Shown in pieces: positions 9,547 to 18,221 of a stretch of 24,000 nucleotides of DNA (position 1 is the first letter of the stretch; every line of letters begins with the position of its first letter). Both the position numbers and the translations under genes were made by a program. This DNA is from Nitrososphaerota archaeon (lineage in GTDB: Archaea > Thermoproteota > Nitrososphaeria > Conexivisphaerales > DTJL01), in assembly GCA_021324115.1 (NCBI GenBank), contig JAJPJS010000022.1, positions 35,370 through 59,369 on the forward strand. The letters are read 5' to 3'. Below the pieces are notes generated by a model. The model worked only from the letters and a program-made list of their open reading frames with translations. It ran no database searches and had not been told where the DNA came from.

Positions 9547-11196
9547 TTGGCTAAATGGATCGTTTGTGCTGCCTGGCCCTACCTCGATGGGCGACCTCAT
9601 CTAGGCACCTTCATGCAGCTTCTTTCGGCTGATGTATATGCTCGGTACCTGAGATTGATGGGTGATGAAGTCGTATCTGTTTCGGGTTCTGACGTTCACG
9701 GCACCCCTATCGAAGTGGAGGCGCTGAAATCCAAGACCACGCCTCGGGACCTAGCAGAGAAGTATCACAGGCAGATGGTTGACTTCCTGAACAGATTCCT
9801 CGTGGAGCTGGACAATTACACGCAAACCGAGTCGCCGGTGCACGTAAAATTTGTCCAGGACTTCTACACCAGGCTCTATGAAAATGGATTCGTCTACTCG
9901 AAGAAGATATGGCAGCTGTACTGCGAGCGGGACAGGATGTTTCTGCCGGACCGTTTCGTGGAGGGGACATGCCCATACTGTGGCAAGGAAGGGGCCAGAG
10001 GTGACCAGTGTGACAATTGCGGCAGACTGCTCGAGCCGCTGGACCTGGTGTCACCGAAATGTGTGATCTGCGGTCTACCCCCGGTCACGAAGGAATCAGA
10101 ACACTGGTTTTTCGACCTGCCACGCCTTTCTGAACGGCTGAAAAGATACATACAGGACAGCGTCGAGTTTCCGGAAAACGCAAGGAATTTTTCCCTGACG
10201 TGGCTAAAGGAAGGGCTCAAACCTCGTACCTTAACCAGAGACAACAGATGGGGGATACCTGCGCCGTTTCCGGGGTCCGAGGGAAAGACGATATATGTCT
10301 GGATGGAGGCAGTCCTCGGCTACCTTTCTGCCGTCAAGGAGCTGGGCCAGAAAAGGAATGATGACGGGCTTTTTGAAAGGTTCTGGAAGGACGCTAGCAC
10401 AAAGAGCGTTTACTTCATCGGCAAGGACAACATCCCATTTCATACAATAATACTTCCTGGCCTTCTCATGGCGTCCGAAGAAAAGTATGTCCTCCCGACA
10501 CAGGTCTCATCCACAGAGTTCATACTTTTTGAGGGAAAGAAGTTCTCCAAGAGCAAGGGGATCGGAGTCTGGCTTGAAGATGCCGTGAAGGTGGGAGAAC
10601 CGGAGTACTGGAGGTTCGCGCTGATGTACTTCCGGCCGGAGTCCAGGGACTCCAACTTCAGCTGGGTGGAATTCGAAAGAGCCGTCAACAGCGAGATGAA
10701 TGATGTTCTCGGAAATTTCATTCACAGAGTCCTTACGTTTGTCAAGAGGTTCTTTGAGCTGACGGTGCCGGACCCTGGTGAGCTTGATGATGATTCCAAG
10801 GCGTTGCTTCGTGTACTGGCTGAGTCTTGGCAAAGGTACACATCTGATATGAATTCTTTCGCGATAAAGGATGCCGTTAGAGATGCTCTCGACTTGGCGA
10901 GAAGGGGCAACGAATACGTATCGTCACGGGAGCCGTGGGAGAAGATAAGAAAGAATGATGTAGCTTCCGCAGCCCAGACCGTGTATGTAGGGGTGCAACT
11001 TGTTCATACCCTTAGCCTTATGATATATCCATTTCTTCCGAGATCGTCTCTGAAAGTGTGGGAAACGCTCGGATTGAACGGGGACCCGGTCTCAGGGGGT
11101 GCCGGTGGTGGCGGAACGGCGGCGATAAGACCCGGTCATAAGATACTCCCTCCTTCCCCACTGTTCACCAAGGTGAAGGTGGGCGGCACAGGTTAA
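9547..11196 (+). CDS. metG: Methionyl-tRNA synthetase, archaeal type
   Basis: AAWPYLDGRPHLGT (HIGH-like), zinc knuckles CPYCG..CDNCG, and KFSKSKGIGVW (KMSKS-like). Confidence 0.96.
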   Translation: MAKWIVCAAWPYLDGRPHLGTFMQLLSADVYARYLRLMGDEVVSVSGSDVHGTPIEVEALKSKTTPRDLAEKYHRQMVDFLNRFLVELDNYTQTESPVHVKFVQDFYTRLYENGFVYSKKIWQLYCERDRMFLPDRFVEGTCPYCGKEGARGDQCDNCGRLLEPLDLVSPKCVICGLPPVTKESEHWFFDLPRLSERLKRYIQDSVEFPENARNFSLTWLKEGLKPRTLTRDNRWGIPAPFPGSEGKTIYVWMEAVLGYLSAVKELGQKRNDDGLFERFWKDASTKSVYFIGKDNIPFHTIILPGLLMASEEKYVLPTQVSSTEFILFEGKKFSKSKGIGVWLEDAVKVGEPEYWRFALMYFRPESRDSNFSWVEFERAVNSEMNDVLGNFIHRVLTFVKRFFELTVPDPGELDDDSKALLRVLAESWQRYTSDMNSFAIKDAVRDALDLARRGNEYVSSREPWEKIRKNDVASAAQTVYVGVQLVHTLSLMIYPFLPRSSLKVWETLGLNGDPVSGGAGGGGTAAIRPGHKILPPSPLFTKVKVGGTG

Positions 11197-11624
11197 GTAC
11201 TGTAAAGACTGTCATTCGGTTCAAGCATCGCATCCTCAACCATTATGTGAGCATCATAGAATAAAGCCAGGGCAATGGCATCGGACGCCCTGTAACCGTC
11301 AAGGATCAGGCTGTCCTTTTTGCCGGTAAAATACATGTCCCCTCGAAGTGCAGAACCGCTCATGTAAACCTCAACCTTCTCAAGGTGGATACCCAGATGT
11401 TCAGCCAGCTCTTCCACCACGTTGTAAATGGATGGCAGCGAGGACCTGTCCCCTCGTATGAATCGTGACATGTGAAGCGCGACTTCGCCAGAGAACGACC
11501 TCATCGAAAATTTCCTGCCCTCCTTCGACTCCAAGGTGAGGGCCCCCTCAAGACCCTTATCATCTATGAAGCCTACCTGAACCACCCGTGCCTCGACGTA
11601 TCTGCCGGATGAGCCGCTCTGCAC
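11193..11624 (-). CDS. DUF151 / bifunctional nuclease-domain protein
   Basis: GRKFSMRSFSGEVALHMSRFI...LDGYRASDAIALALFYDAHIMVEDAML resembles the BFN/DUF151 core. Confidence 0.82.
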   Translation of the reverse strand: MQSGSSGRYVEARVVQVGFIDDKGLEGALTLESKEGRKFSMRSFSGEVALHMSRFIRGDRSSLPSIYNVVEELAEHLGIHLEKVEVYMSGSALRGDMYFTGKKDSLILDGYRASDAIALALFYDAHIMVEDAMLEPNDSLYST

Positions 11625-11717
11625 GAGAAATTTGATTTCAATCTAAAATATAAGTTTGTTCCGCTTTCTGCAGAAATGGGAATATGCTTTTAACATCCCC
11701 ACGGAACGAGGCTTCAC

Positions 11718-12716
11718 ATGGCTTTAAGGGAACATGTGCCCATCATAATTCTGGGAAGCGGCCCCGCGGGGCTTACGGCTTCGATCTATGCGGCGAGGGC
11801 CGGTTATTCGCCGTTGGTGATCGGGGGCTTCGAAGCCGGTGGCCAGCTGATGCTGACTACGATGGTGGAGAATTTTCCAGGATTCGTGCAGGGAATAATG
11901 GGGCCTGAGCTTATGCAGAACATGAGGAAGCAGGCAGAGCTGGCAGGTGCACGTATAATAGATGACAATGCAACGGCCGTGGACTTCAGAGTGCGGCCCT
12001 TCAAGGTCACGGTCGGTGAAAATAGCTACACTGCGGATTCTGTCATCATAGCGACTGGCGCTTCTGCGAAATGGCTCGGCCTAGAATCTGAAACAAGATT
12101 GAAGGGAAGGGGTGTCTCCTCATGCGCCGTATGTGATGGTGCTTTCTTCAAGAATCAGGATGTGGTGCTTGTGGGAGGAGGGGACGCCGCCATGGAGGAC
12201 GCGATTTATCTGTCAAAGATATGCAGAACTGTCACGGTGGTCCACCGCAGGGATAAGCTCAGGGCCAGCGCGGTAATGCAGGCAAGAGCGTTTGCCCGCC
12301 CGAACATCAGGTTCGTCTGGGACAGTTTGGTCACGGAAGTGATTGGCGACAAGAAGGTTCAAGCCGTCAGGATAAAGAATCTGAAGAGCGGAAGTTCCGA
12401 TACTTTGCCCTGCGCAGCACTGTTCATAGCAATTGGCCACACACCTAATACAGAGATATTCAGAGGACAGCTTGATATTCTGGAAACAGGATACCTCAAG
12501 GTCAGAAATGAAACACTCACCAGCGTGGAAGGTGTTTTCGCGGCGGGCGATGTGGCGGATCATATCTACAGGCAGGCTGTGACCGCTGCCGGACTGGGGG
12601 CAAGAGCGGCACTGGATGCTGTAAGGTATCTTGAATCCAGGGCTACACAGACCCCGGCCGTCCAAAAGGCGATCCTGACAGAGACTAGGGCCGATCCGCC
12701 CCAAGATAGGCCGTAA
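11718..12716 (+). CDS. trxB: Thioredoxin reductase (NAD(P)/FAD-dependent)
   Basis: GSGPAGLTASIYAARAG, redox motif CAVCDG, GGGDAAMEDA and GVFAAGDVAD. Confidence 0.96.
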   Translation: MALREHVPIIILGSGPAGLTASIYAARAGYSPLVIGGFEAGGQLMLTTMVENFPGFVQGIMGPELMQNMRKQAELAGARIIDDNATAVDFRVRPFKVTVGENSYTADSVIIATGASAKWLGLESETRLKGRGVSSCAVCDGAFFKNQDVVLVGGGDAAMEDAIYLSKICRTVTVVHRRDKLRASAVMQARAFARPNIRFVWDSLVTEVIGDKKVQAVRIKNLKSGSSDTLPCAALFIAIGHTPNTEIFRGQLDILETGYLKVRNETLTSVEGVFAAGDVADHIYRQAVTAAGLGARAALDAVRYLESRATQTPAVQKAILTETRADPPQDRP

Positions 12717-13812
12717 GTGGTTTCTGCCCTCCCTGATTCACAAGTGAGGAAACGGTTAGTCCGATCCTTCGTGCGACCACATCCCCGTTGGAGCCGAAGA
12801 ATTCTTCGGCAAGAGCCTTCGCAACAGAGACTGCAGATATACCATCTGTTTCAGCCACCTTGAGCGTTCTGCTGCGGGTATGCTGCTTCAGATCGGTGTC
12901 CACAAGAACGAAGGTGACAGTTTTGTATGCAAGGTTATTTGCTGTGAGCTCCCTGGATATATCCTCGGCCATTCTGGTAAGGGGTTCGACAAGGGCTGCC
13001 GGGTCACGCGTATTTTCCTTGAGGGTAACCATCCTCCCTATCTGCTCCCGGGCGTGCTCGACAAGAGGTTCGTCGTCAATCCCCTTGGAGGCCAAGGAGA
13101 AATAGAGTCCGAGCTTGGGGCCGAACTCCGTCTGAAGTGTCTGGAGAGGGGTGTTGGCGAGTTCCCCGATCTTTGAGACTCCGATTTCCCTCAATCTTGC
13201 AGCAGTTTTGCTGCCCACACCATAGAGCGCATCGACTGGCTTATCCGAAAGAAAGCTCTGAACCTCTTCCGGCCTGACTAATTTCAGGCCGCCGGGTTTG
13301 GCCGCGTCGCACGCCATTTTTGCGATGAGTCTGTTCGGTCCAATCCCCACACTGCATATTATCTTTGTTTCCCTGAAGATTCTTTGCTTTATTTCATTGC
13401 CCAGCCTTTCAGCATTCGAAAAGCTTCCTTCTGTCCTGCGAGAAACATCAATGAAGGCCTCATCGATGCTTGCCTGCAAGAATACGTTAGAATATTCTTT
13501 GATGATATTCATGATATCGGATGAAACTTTCTCATAATAATCGAAGTCCGCCTTGGCAAACAGAGAATCTAACCCGTTCAGTAACGAGCGTGCCCTTGCA
13601 AGAGGGATACCGGACTTTACACCATGATTCCTGGCTGGATAGTTCGAAGTGGCCACAGCCCCAGAAATGTCCGTTCGCCCAGAATACATCCCGACAACTA
13701 TGGGCTTGCCGGCGTACGAAGGGTTTCTGAGTTCTTCACACTGCGCATAGAAGTAATCCATGTCAACGGCGATTATGATTCTCTGAGGCTGGGTCGGGAT
13801 CATGATTGTCAT
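12685..13812 (-). CDS. dinB: Y-family DNA polymerase (Pol IV / Dpo4-like)
   Basis: VDMDYFYAQCEELRNPSYAGKPIVVG, catalytic QASIDEAFIDVS and CSVGIGPNRLIAKMA. Confidence 0.95.
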   Translation of the reverse strand: MTIMIPTQPQRIIIAVDMDYFYAQCEELRNPSYAGKPIVVGMYSGRTDISGAVATSNYPARNHGVKSGIPLARARSLLNGLDSLFAKADFDYYEKVSSDIMNIIKEYSNVFLQASIDEAFIDVSRRTEGSFSNAERLGNEIKQRIFRETKIICSVGIGPNRLIAKMACDAAKPGGLKLVRPEEVQSFLSDKPVDALYGVGSKTAARLREIGVSKIGELANTPLQTLQTEFGPKLGLYFSLASKGIDDEPLVEHAREQIGRMVTLKENTRDPAALVEPLTRMAEDISRELTANNLAYKTVTFVLVDTDLKQHTRSRTLKVAETDGISAVSVAKALAEEFFGSNGDVVARRIGLTVSSLVNQGGQKPLTAYLGADRP

Positions 13813-13893
13813 TCACCTGAATCCAATGTTCTTTGAGTATGCTCCGGAATCAATCCGACGCGACTCATTGGCTATCCGTTATAAGGCATCTTG

Positions 13894-13899
13894 TATATA
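13894..13899 (+). promoter_or_regulatory. Probable TATA box of the tRNA-Leu gene
   Basis: TATATA in ttgtatatatgaa, about 27 nt upstream of the mature tRNA 5' end. This is standard archaeal TATA-to-TSS spacing. Confidence 0.55.
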
Positions 13900-13925
13900 T
13901 GAATCCATCCGTCAAAGCATGCCCT

Positions 13926-14029
13926 GCGGGGGTCGCCCAGCCTGGTCAAAGGCGTGAGTGCAAAAGGCCACGATGCTTAGGACCTCATCCCGTAGGGGTT
14001 CGTGGGTTCGAATCCCACCCCCCGCACCA
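13926..14029 (+). tRNA. tRNA-Leu(UAG), interrupted; CCA encoded
   Basis: Acceptor GCGGGGG/CCCCCGC, T-arm GTGGG-TTCGAAT-CCCAC, and long variable arm TCCCGTAGGGGTTC. Removing 13959-13974 gives anticodon arm TGAGG-CTTAGGA-CCTCA, anticodon TAG (13978-13980). CCA is at 14027-14029. Confidence 0.92.
13959..13974 (+). other. 16-nt non-canonical archaeal tRNA intron (between tRNA positions 30 and 31)
   Basis: A BHB fold is possible: outer helix AGG/CTT, bulge AT^G, 4-bp helix CGTG/CACG, bulge AG^T, and inner GC-AAAAG-GC. Removal restores a perfect 5-bp anticodon stem. Confidence 0.85.
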
Positions 14030-14504
14030 TATGCCATGGGTTCGAATCGTATCCAAGAAATCTACTCGTCTCTTAAAAGGAAGGAAATCCACGTATAATA
14101 TGAGCTCTAAAAAACCGATAAATGACTGCGATATTACGTTTCAAATGCTTTTCGACTGCCTAAGAATCAGGGAATTGAGCGGCCGAGAAACAGCACAATT
14201 GCCTGTGCCATGATTCGCCTCTTCGATACTTGGTACTGAGGCAACAAAGCTTGGAAAATTGATTTTATTTTACATACTAGCATTATATCAAGAAGTCATT
14301 TCACCTAATGAAATCAGCAGTAATCCGCGAACCTCTCACAATGTTGTGGTACCAATTCCTGATGTCGAGGTCATTCATCAACCGGGAATACTTCGGCTTG
14401 ACCCTCCTTTCCAGCATGTGCTCCCTTCTGCGAAGAAATGGAGCTTCGTGTCTTTTAACGTGTTAGAGTTCGATATCACACGATTACGAATCTTACCGGG
14501 CTCG

Positions 14505-14873
14505 CTACATCCAGATTTTCTTTACTTCGGTGAAGTGTGGATCGTCGGTAACGCAAGTGAGATTAAATCGTTTCGCAGTTGCCATTATCAAGGAGTCCGC
14601 TATCGGAATTCTTAACCGATGACTGATTTCTGCGCCTTCTTCAGCAATCTCCGAGTTCACGTCTATCATGTCAAAGTCACGAGTTATTGTATCTACGCGC
14701 ATCTTTGCGACTGTTTTGCCCTCATTTGTGAGGGTCTGTTTGTAAACTTCATAGACCGTGATCTATGAAGCGTAAGCTGTCTTCGCTTTGTTATAGAGCG
14801 ACTTCGGCTTCGCTGTGGTTTCGGCATCCCGGGATGTGAAGACGGCCCAAAAGTAGCGTGTTTCGAACAGCAT
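14505..14873 (-). pseudogene. vapC: PIN-domain (VapC-like) toxin with an in-frame TAG stop
   Basis: Reverse-strand reading from ATG at 14873-14871 gives MLFETRYFWAVFTSRDAETTAKPKSLYNKAKTAYAS*ITVYEVYKQTLTNEGKTVAKMRVDTITRDFDMIDVNSEIAEEGAEISHRLRIPIADSLIMATAKRFNLTCVTDDPHFTEVKKIWM. The TAG is at 14765-14763. The track shows only the part after the stop. Confidence 0.85.
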
Positions 14874-15094
14874 CAATCCTCTTCCCTCATTTTGTCGAGT
14901 CGCTTAAAAGCCTCCTCCCTAGAAAGCTCAGATGTACCTGCCAAGTCAAATAGGGATTGGACCTTGGAGAAAATCACCCTATTCCCCTCAACCTCTACCC
15001 TCAGCTTGGACCCCTCTTCAATCCCTAGCTTTCTCCTAACTTCAGTGGGTATCGTCGTCTGGCCGCGCCTCGTCACCACGACCTCCTTGGTCAT
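14873..15094 (-). CDS. vapB: AbrB/SpoVT-like antitoxin (VapB-type)
   Basis: MTKEVVVTRRGQTTIPTEVRRKLGIEEGSKLRVEVEGNRVIFSK is an AbrB fold. Its stop overlaps the toxin start as ATGA. Confidence 0.85.
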   Translation of the reverse strand: MTKEVVVTRRGQTTIPTEVRRKLGIEEGSKLRVEVEGNRVIFSKVQSLFDLAGTSELSREEAFKRLDKMREED

Positions 15095-15261
15095 AAGGAA
15101 ATTATCTTCGATCCTGTTATTAAAGCGCTCGTACATTTGGCGAAGTCCTACGACCGGCCGAATCCTACCGAGTAATAGTTGTTTTCATACAATCGAAGCT
15201 GGCCTAGTGCTTTTTGATCAGGCGGAATCTACCTTGCGAAACCCGGTCGAGAGTCGATCCC

Positions 15262-15283
15262 ACTGGGTCCGAACCCAGTTTTT
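15262..15283 (+). terminator. Hairpin followed by a T-tract
   Basis: ACTGGGT-CCGA-ACCCAGT is a perfect 7-bp stem followed by TTTT. Confidence 0.4.
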
Positions 15284-15894
15284 CATTATGAATTGCTTAC
15301 AAGAGGTTAATTCGCGAATCCCACCTCCGACCCAATTTGCCAACAAGTATCAAAAGTAAAAGATGTAGCAATTATTTATGGTGTCTGCCGCTTCCATTAT
15401 TGAACATAGAGAAGCATAGGAAAAGTTTCCGCACGGGACTCATGATTGGGAAGGTAACCTGTGCGGCCAACCGTTTGCCGTGAGTGCGATGCCTCCTGTC
15501 AGCAGATGAGGAATGAATATCTGTACACCGGCAGCAGGCATGGTGCCGTCGGAGTGGGTTGGACCGATGCTACCAGCGCTACAAATAAGACCGTCGTATA
15601 CGACAATACACGTTCTTAGAAACTGATAAGCAGAGGAAGATAGACGTATGGAGGACTAAAGTTAAGTCCAGAAAGCAGATGTAATGAGATTAATCTGGGA
15701 AGACAAGTCATAAAGGTCCCTGGATCAGACTATGTCCTTCATAATGAGGAGGATTATGGGGGATAATATAAGATCAGCAAGGACAAAGACTCAGAATATT
15801 GAAACGAGGTTAAAAGTAATAGCGTGCGACGCATAAGAATTGCGAGTCTGGCTTACCATTCGTTGTAGGGTTTCTACAGGGTCCGAATTTAGAA

Positions 15895-15910
15895 ACATAT
15901 TAATATATGT
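15895..15910 (+). promoter_or_regulatory. Palindromic candidate ArsR operator overlapping an AT-rich/TATA region
   Basis: ACATAT-TAAT-ATATGT inverted repeat lies about 20-25 nt upstream of the arsR start candidates (15929, 15935). Confidence 0.5.
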
Positions 15911-15928
15911 AAATACATAGCATGTTTG

Positions 15929-16315
15929 ATGCGAATGAGTAAGTCCAAGTATGCGGGTTCTCTGGACAGACTGATCGAACAGGGCATATGCACTCCTTCG
16001 GATATCCAGCAGGCAAGGGTCGAGGCTGAAAAGTTGGAGTCCCCTGAGCAAACCGCAAAGATCAGACAGGCAGAGAGACTCATGGGAGCAATAGGGGACT
16101 CCAACAGAATCAAAATCCTTCTACTCCTGTCCAAGCGGGAGATGTGTGTCTGTGAGCTCGAATCTGCGCTTGGGATGACCCAGCCAACCGCATCACATCA
16201 TCTGGGCATTCTGGAACTGGCTGGACTGGTGGAGAGGCGGAAAAGGGGAAGGTGGGTCTTTTACAAGGCTCTGGACTCGGTTACCCTGGAACTGTTACGA
16301 AAACTGGTCGCATAG
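15929..16315 (+). CDS. arsR: ArsR-family winged-helix transcriptional regulator
   Basis: DSNRIKILLLLSKREMCVCELESALGMTQPTASHHLGILELAGLVERRKRGRWVFY is an ArsR wHTH with a CVC metalloid-binding-like motif. ORF-track start is TTG 15926. Confidence 0.92.
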   Translation: MRMSKSKYAGSLDRLIEQGICTPSDIQQARVEAEKLESPEQTAKIRQAERLMGAIGDSNRIKILLLLSKREMCVCELESALGMTQPTASHHLGILELAGLVERRKRGRWVFYKALDSVTLELLRKLVA

Positions 16316-16319
16316 CTGA

Positions 16320-17468
16320 GTGATGGCTTTGGCAGGTCAAAAGGCCGGCCGTCTTGGATTTCTCAACAGGTTCCTGACTCTGTGGATATTCCTGGCAATG
16401 GCAGCAGGAGTCGGAGCAGGCTATGCCTTTCCCGATATTTCGAATAGTCTGAATTCGCTGAGCATTGGAACAACCTCCATTCCAATAGCACTGGGGCTCA
16501 TCTGGATGATGTACCCCCCTTTGGCTCGTGTGAGATATGAGGAGCTTCGAAAAGTAGTCGGCGCAAGGGGTTCGAGCAGGATGCTTTCAAGCTCGCTCGT
16601 TTTGAACTGGCTTATGGGTCCTCTTCTGATGTTTATCCTAGCATGGGTCTTCCTGGGGAATTCGCCCGACCTGAGAGACGGGCTGATAATCATAGGTCTG
16701 GCTAGATGCATAGCCATGGTGATAGTGTGGAACAACCTTGCCGAGGGTGACAGCGAGTGGGCAGCGATCCTCGTAGCCTTCAATTCTGTCTTCCAAGTCC
16801 TTTTCTACAGCATCCTGGCATACTTTTACATCACCTTGGCCAGTTCATGGGTATCTGGCCAGGGAATCATAATCAACATCTCCCTCCCCGCCGTGGCTCA
16901 ATCCGTAGCGATATACCTCGGTATTCCATTTTTTGGAGGTGTCATCACCAGGTTCTTCTTCCTGAAACGCAGAGGACGTGAATGGTATGAGAAGAGATTC
17001 ATTCCGAAGCTGGCTCCGACTTCCCTTCTGGCACTTCTGTTCACCATAGTGGTTATGTTCTCACTGAAGGGAGGGTATATAGTGAGCCTGCCGCTTGAAG
17101 TTGTTTCAGTTGCTATCCCGCTGCTGGCTTACTTTGCGATAATGTTCTTCGTCTCGTTTGGTGTTGGTTTATACTTAAAGATGGACTACCCAAGAACCAC
17201 CACGCTGGCTTTCACCGCGGCCAGCAATAACTTCGAGCTGGCGATAGCAGTAGCGGTGGCGGTTTTCGGCCTTGCTTCTCAGGAAGCATTCGCGGCCGTA
17301 ATCGGCCCGCTGATTGAAGTGCCCGTGATGATTAGCCTGGTAAACGTAGCCTTATGGCTCCGGAAGAAGTATTTTATGCGTCAGACTGAATCATATAGCA
17401 AGATGGCCTCCCTCAGCAGTCAGAATCCTGAGGGTAAGCCGGCATCACTTATTTCAGGTGAGACTTAA
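16320..17468 (+). CDS. acr3: ACR3-family arsenite efflux transporter
   Basis: [52 protein letters not shown] and the [19 protein letters not shown] region are ACR3-typical. Confidence 0.94.
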   Translation: MMALAGQKAGRLGFLNRFLTLWIFLAMAAGVGAGYAFPDISNSLNSLSIGTTSIPIALGLIWMMYPPLARVRYEELRKVVGARGSSRMLSSSLVLNWLMGPLLMFILAWVFLGNSPDLRDGLIIIGLARCIAMVIVWNNLAEGDSEWAAILVAFNSVFQVLFYSILAYFYITLASSWVSGQGIIINISLPAVAQSVAIYLGIPFFGGVITRFFFLKRRGREWYEKRFIPKLAPTSLLALLFTIVVMFSLKGGYIVSLPLEVVSVAIPLLAYFAIMFFVSFGVGLYLKMDYPRTTTLAFTAASNNFELAIAVAVAVFGLASQEAFAAVIGPLIEVPVMISLVNVALWLRKKYFMRQTESYSKMASLSSQNPEGKPASLISGET

Positions 17469-17894
17469 TTGAAGGAAAATGCTGCTGGAATGAAAGTCCT
17501 TTTCGTATGCGTGGAGAATGCGGGCAGAAGCCAGATGGCAGAAGCATTCGCAAGGAAGAAGGGGCTGCAGGCGTCGAGTGCAGGGACCGTGCCGGCAGAA
17601 GAGGTCAATCCTACTGTCGTTCAGGCTATGGCTGAGAAGGGTTTCGACCTGAAATCCAACAAGCCCAAGATGCTCACACTGGAAATGATCGACGATGCCG
17701 ACCTTGTCATTACCATGGGCTGTGCTGTCGATAAGGTGTGTCCCAGGCCCATGCTCAGTAAGATGCAGAAGAAAGTTATCGACTGGGATCTGGAAGAGCC
17801 GAAGGGGAAGACAATTGACGAAGTACGAAGGATCAGAGATGAGATCGAGAAGCGAATAGAAGAATTTATGCGGGAACACAGGACTGTATCTTGA
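17469..17894 (+). CDS. arsC: Arsenate reductase, low-molecular-weight phosphatase type
   Basis: MKVLFVCVENAGRSQMAEAFARKKG (CX5R P-loop). The true start may be ATG 17490. Confidence 0.92.
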   Translation: MKENAAGMKVLFVCVENAGRSQMAEAFARKKGLQASSAGTVPAEEVNPTVVQAMAEKGFDLKSNKPKMLTLEMIDDADLVITMGCAVDKVCPRPMLSKMQKKVIDWDLEEPKGKTIDEVRRIRDEIEKRIEEFMREHRTVS

Positions 17895-18192
17895 TCATGA
17901 CTCCGGAATTGGCTCAATAACATGCTTGAAGATTCTTTGTGGATATTTGACCGACTCCCATTACTTCAACCTTCTTTTGTATCTAAATGCAATCTGATAT
18001 TATGAATAGAGATGTCTGGCATTTTTAACATTTATCTGAATTGTCCGAGTTTGCTTTATTGCCCTTTTTCAGGCGAACAGGAAACCCTCCTTCACAGCGG
18101 GTTGAGTCTTGCGATCAAACATTAAAGCTGATGTTAGGTTTGGCAAAGATAATTCATCTCTCCTAACGAATACTTTGAATTTGCGTGCTTGG

Positions 18193-18200
18193 TTTAAATA
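18193..18200 (+). promoter_or_regulatory. Probable TATA box of the PEP mutase/ICL-family gene
   Basis: TTTAAATA about 29-38 nt upstream of the candidate starts GTG 18222 and ATG 18231. Confidence 0.45.
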
Positions 18201-18221
18201 AACATACCAACAGTTATTTTC

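Noticed and set aside
13833-14213. 126-aa ORF through the tRNA gene
   Set aside because: Reads across the tRNA-Leu. Only the last 38 codons (MSSKKPINDCDITFQMLFDCLRIREL...) look protein-like, and I cannot assign them.
14259-14615. 118-aa plus-strand ORF
   Set aside because: Overlaps the 3' end of the PIN toxin on the other strand and has no family features I recognise.
14892-15359. 155-aa plus-strand ORF
   Set aside because: Antisense to the AbrB-like antitoxin; composition matches a shadow ORF.
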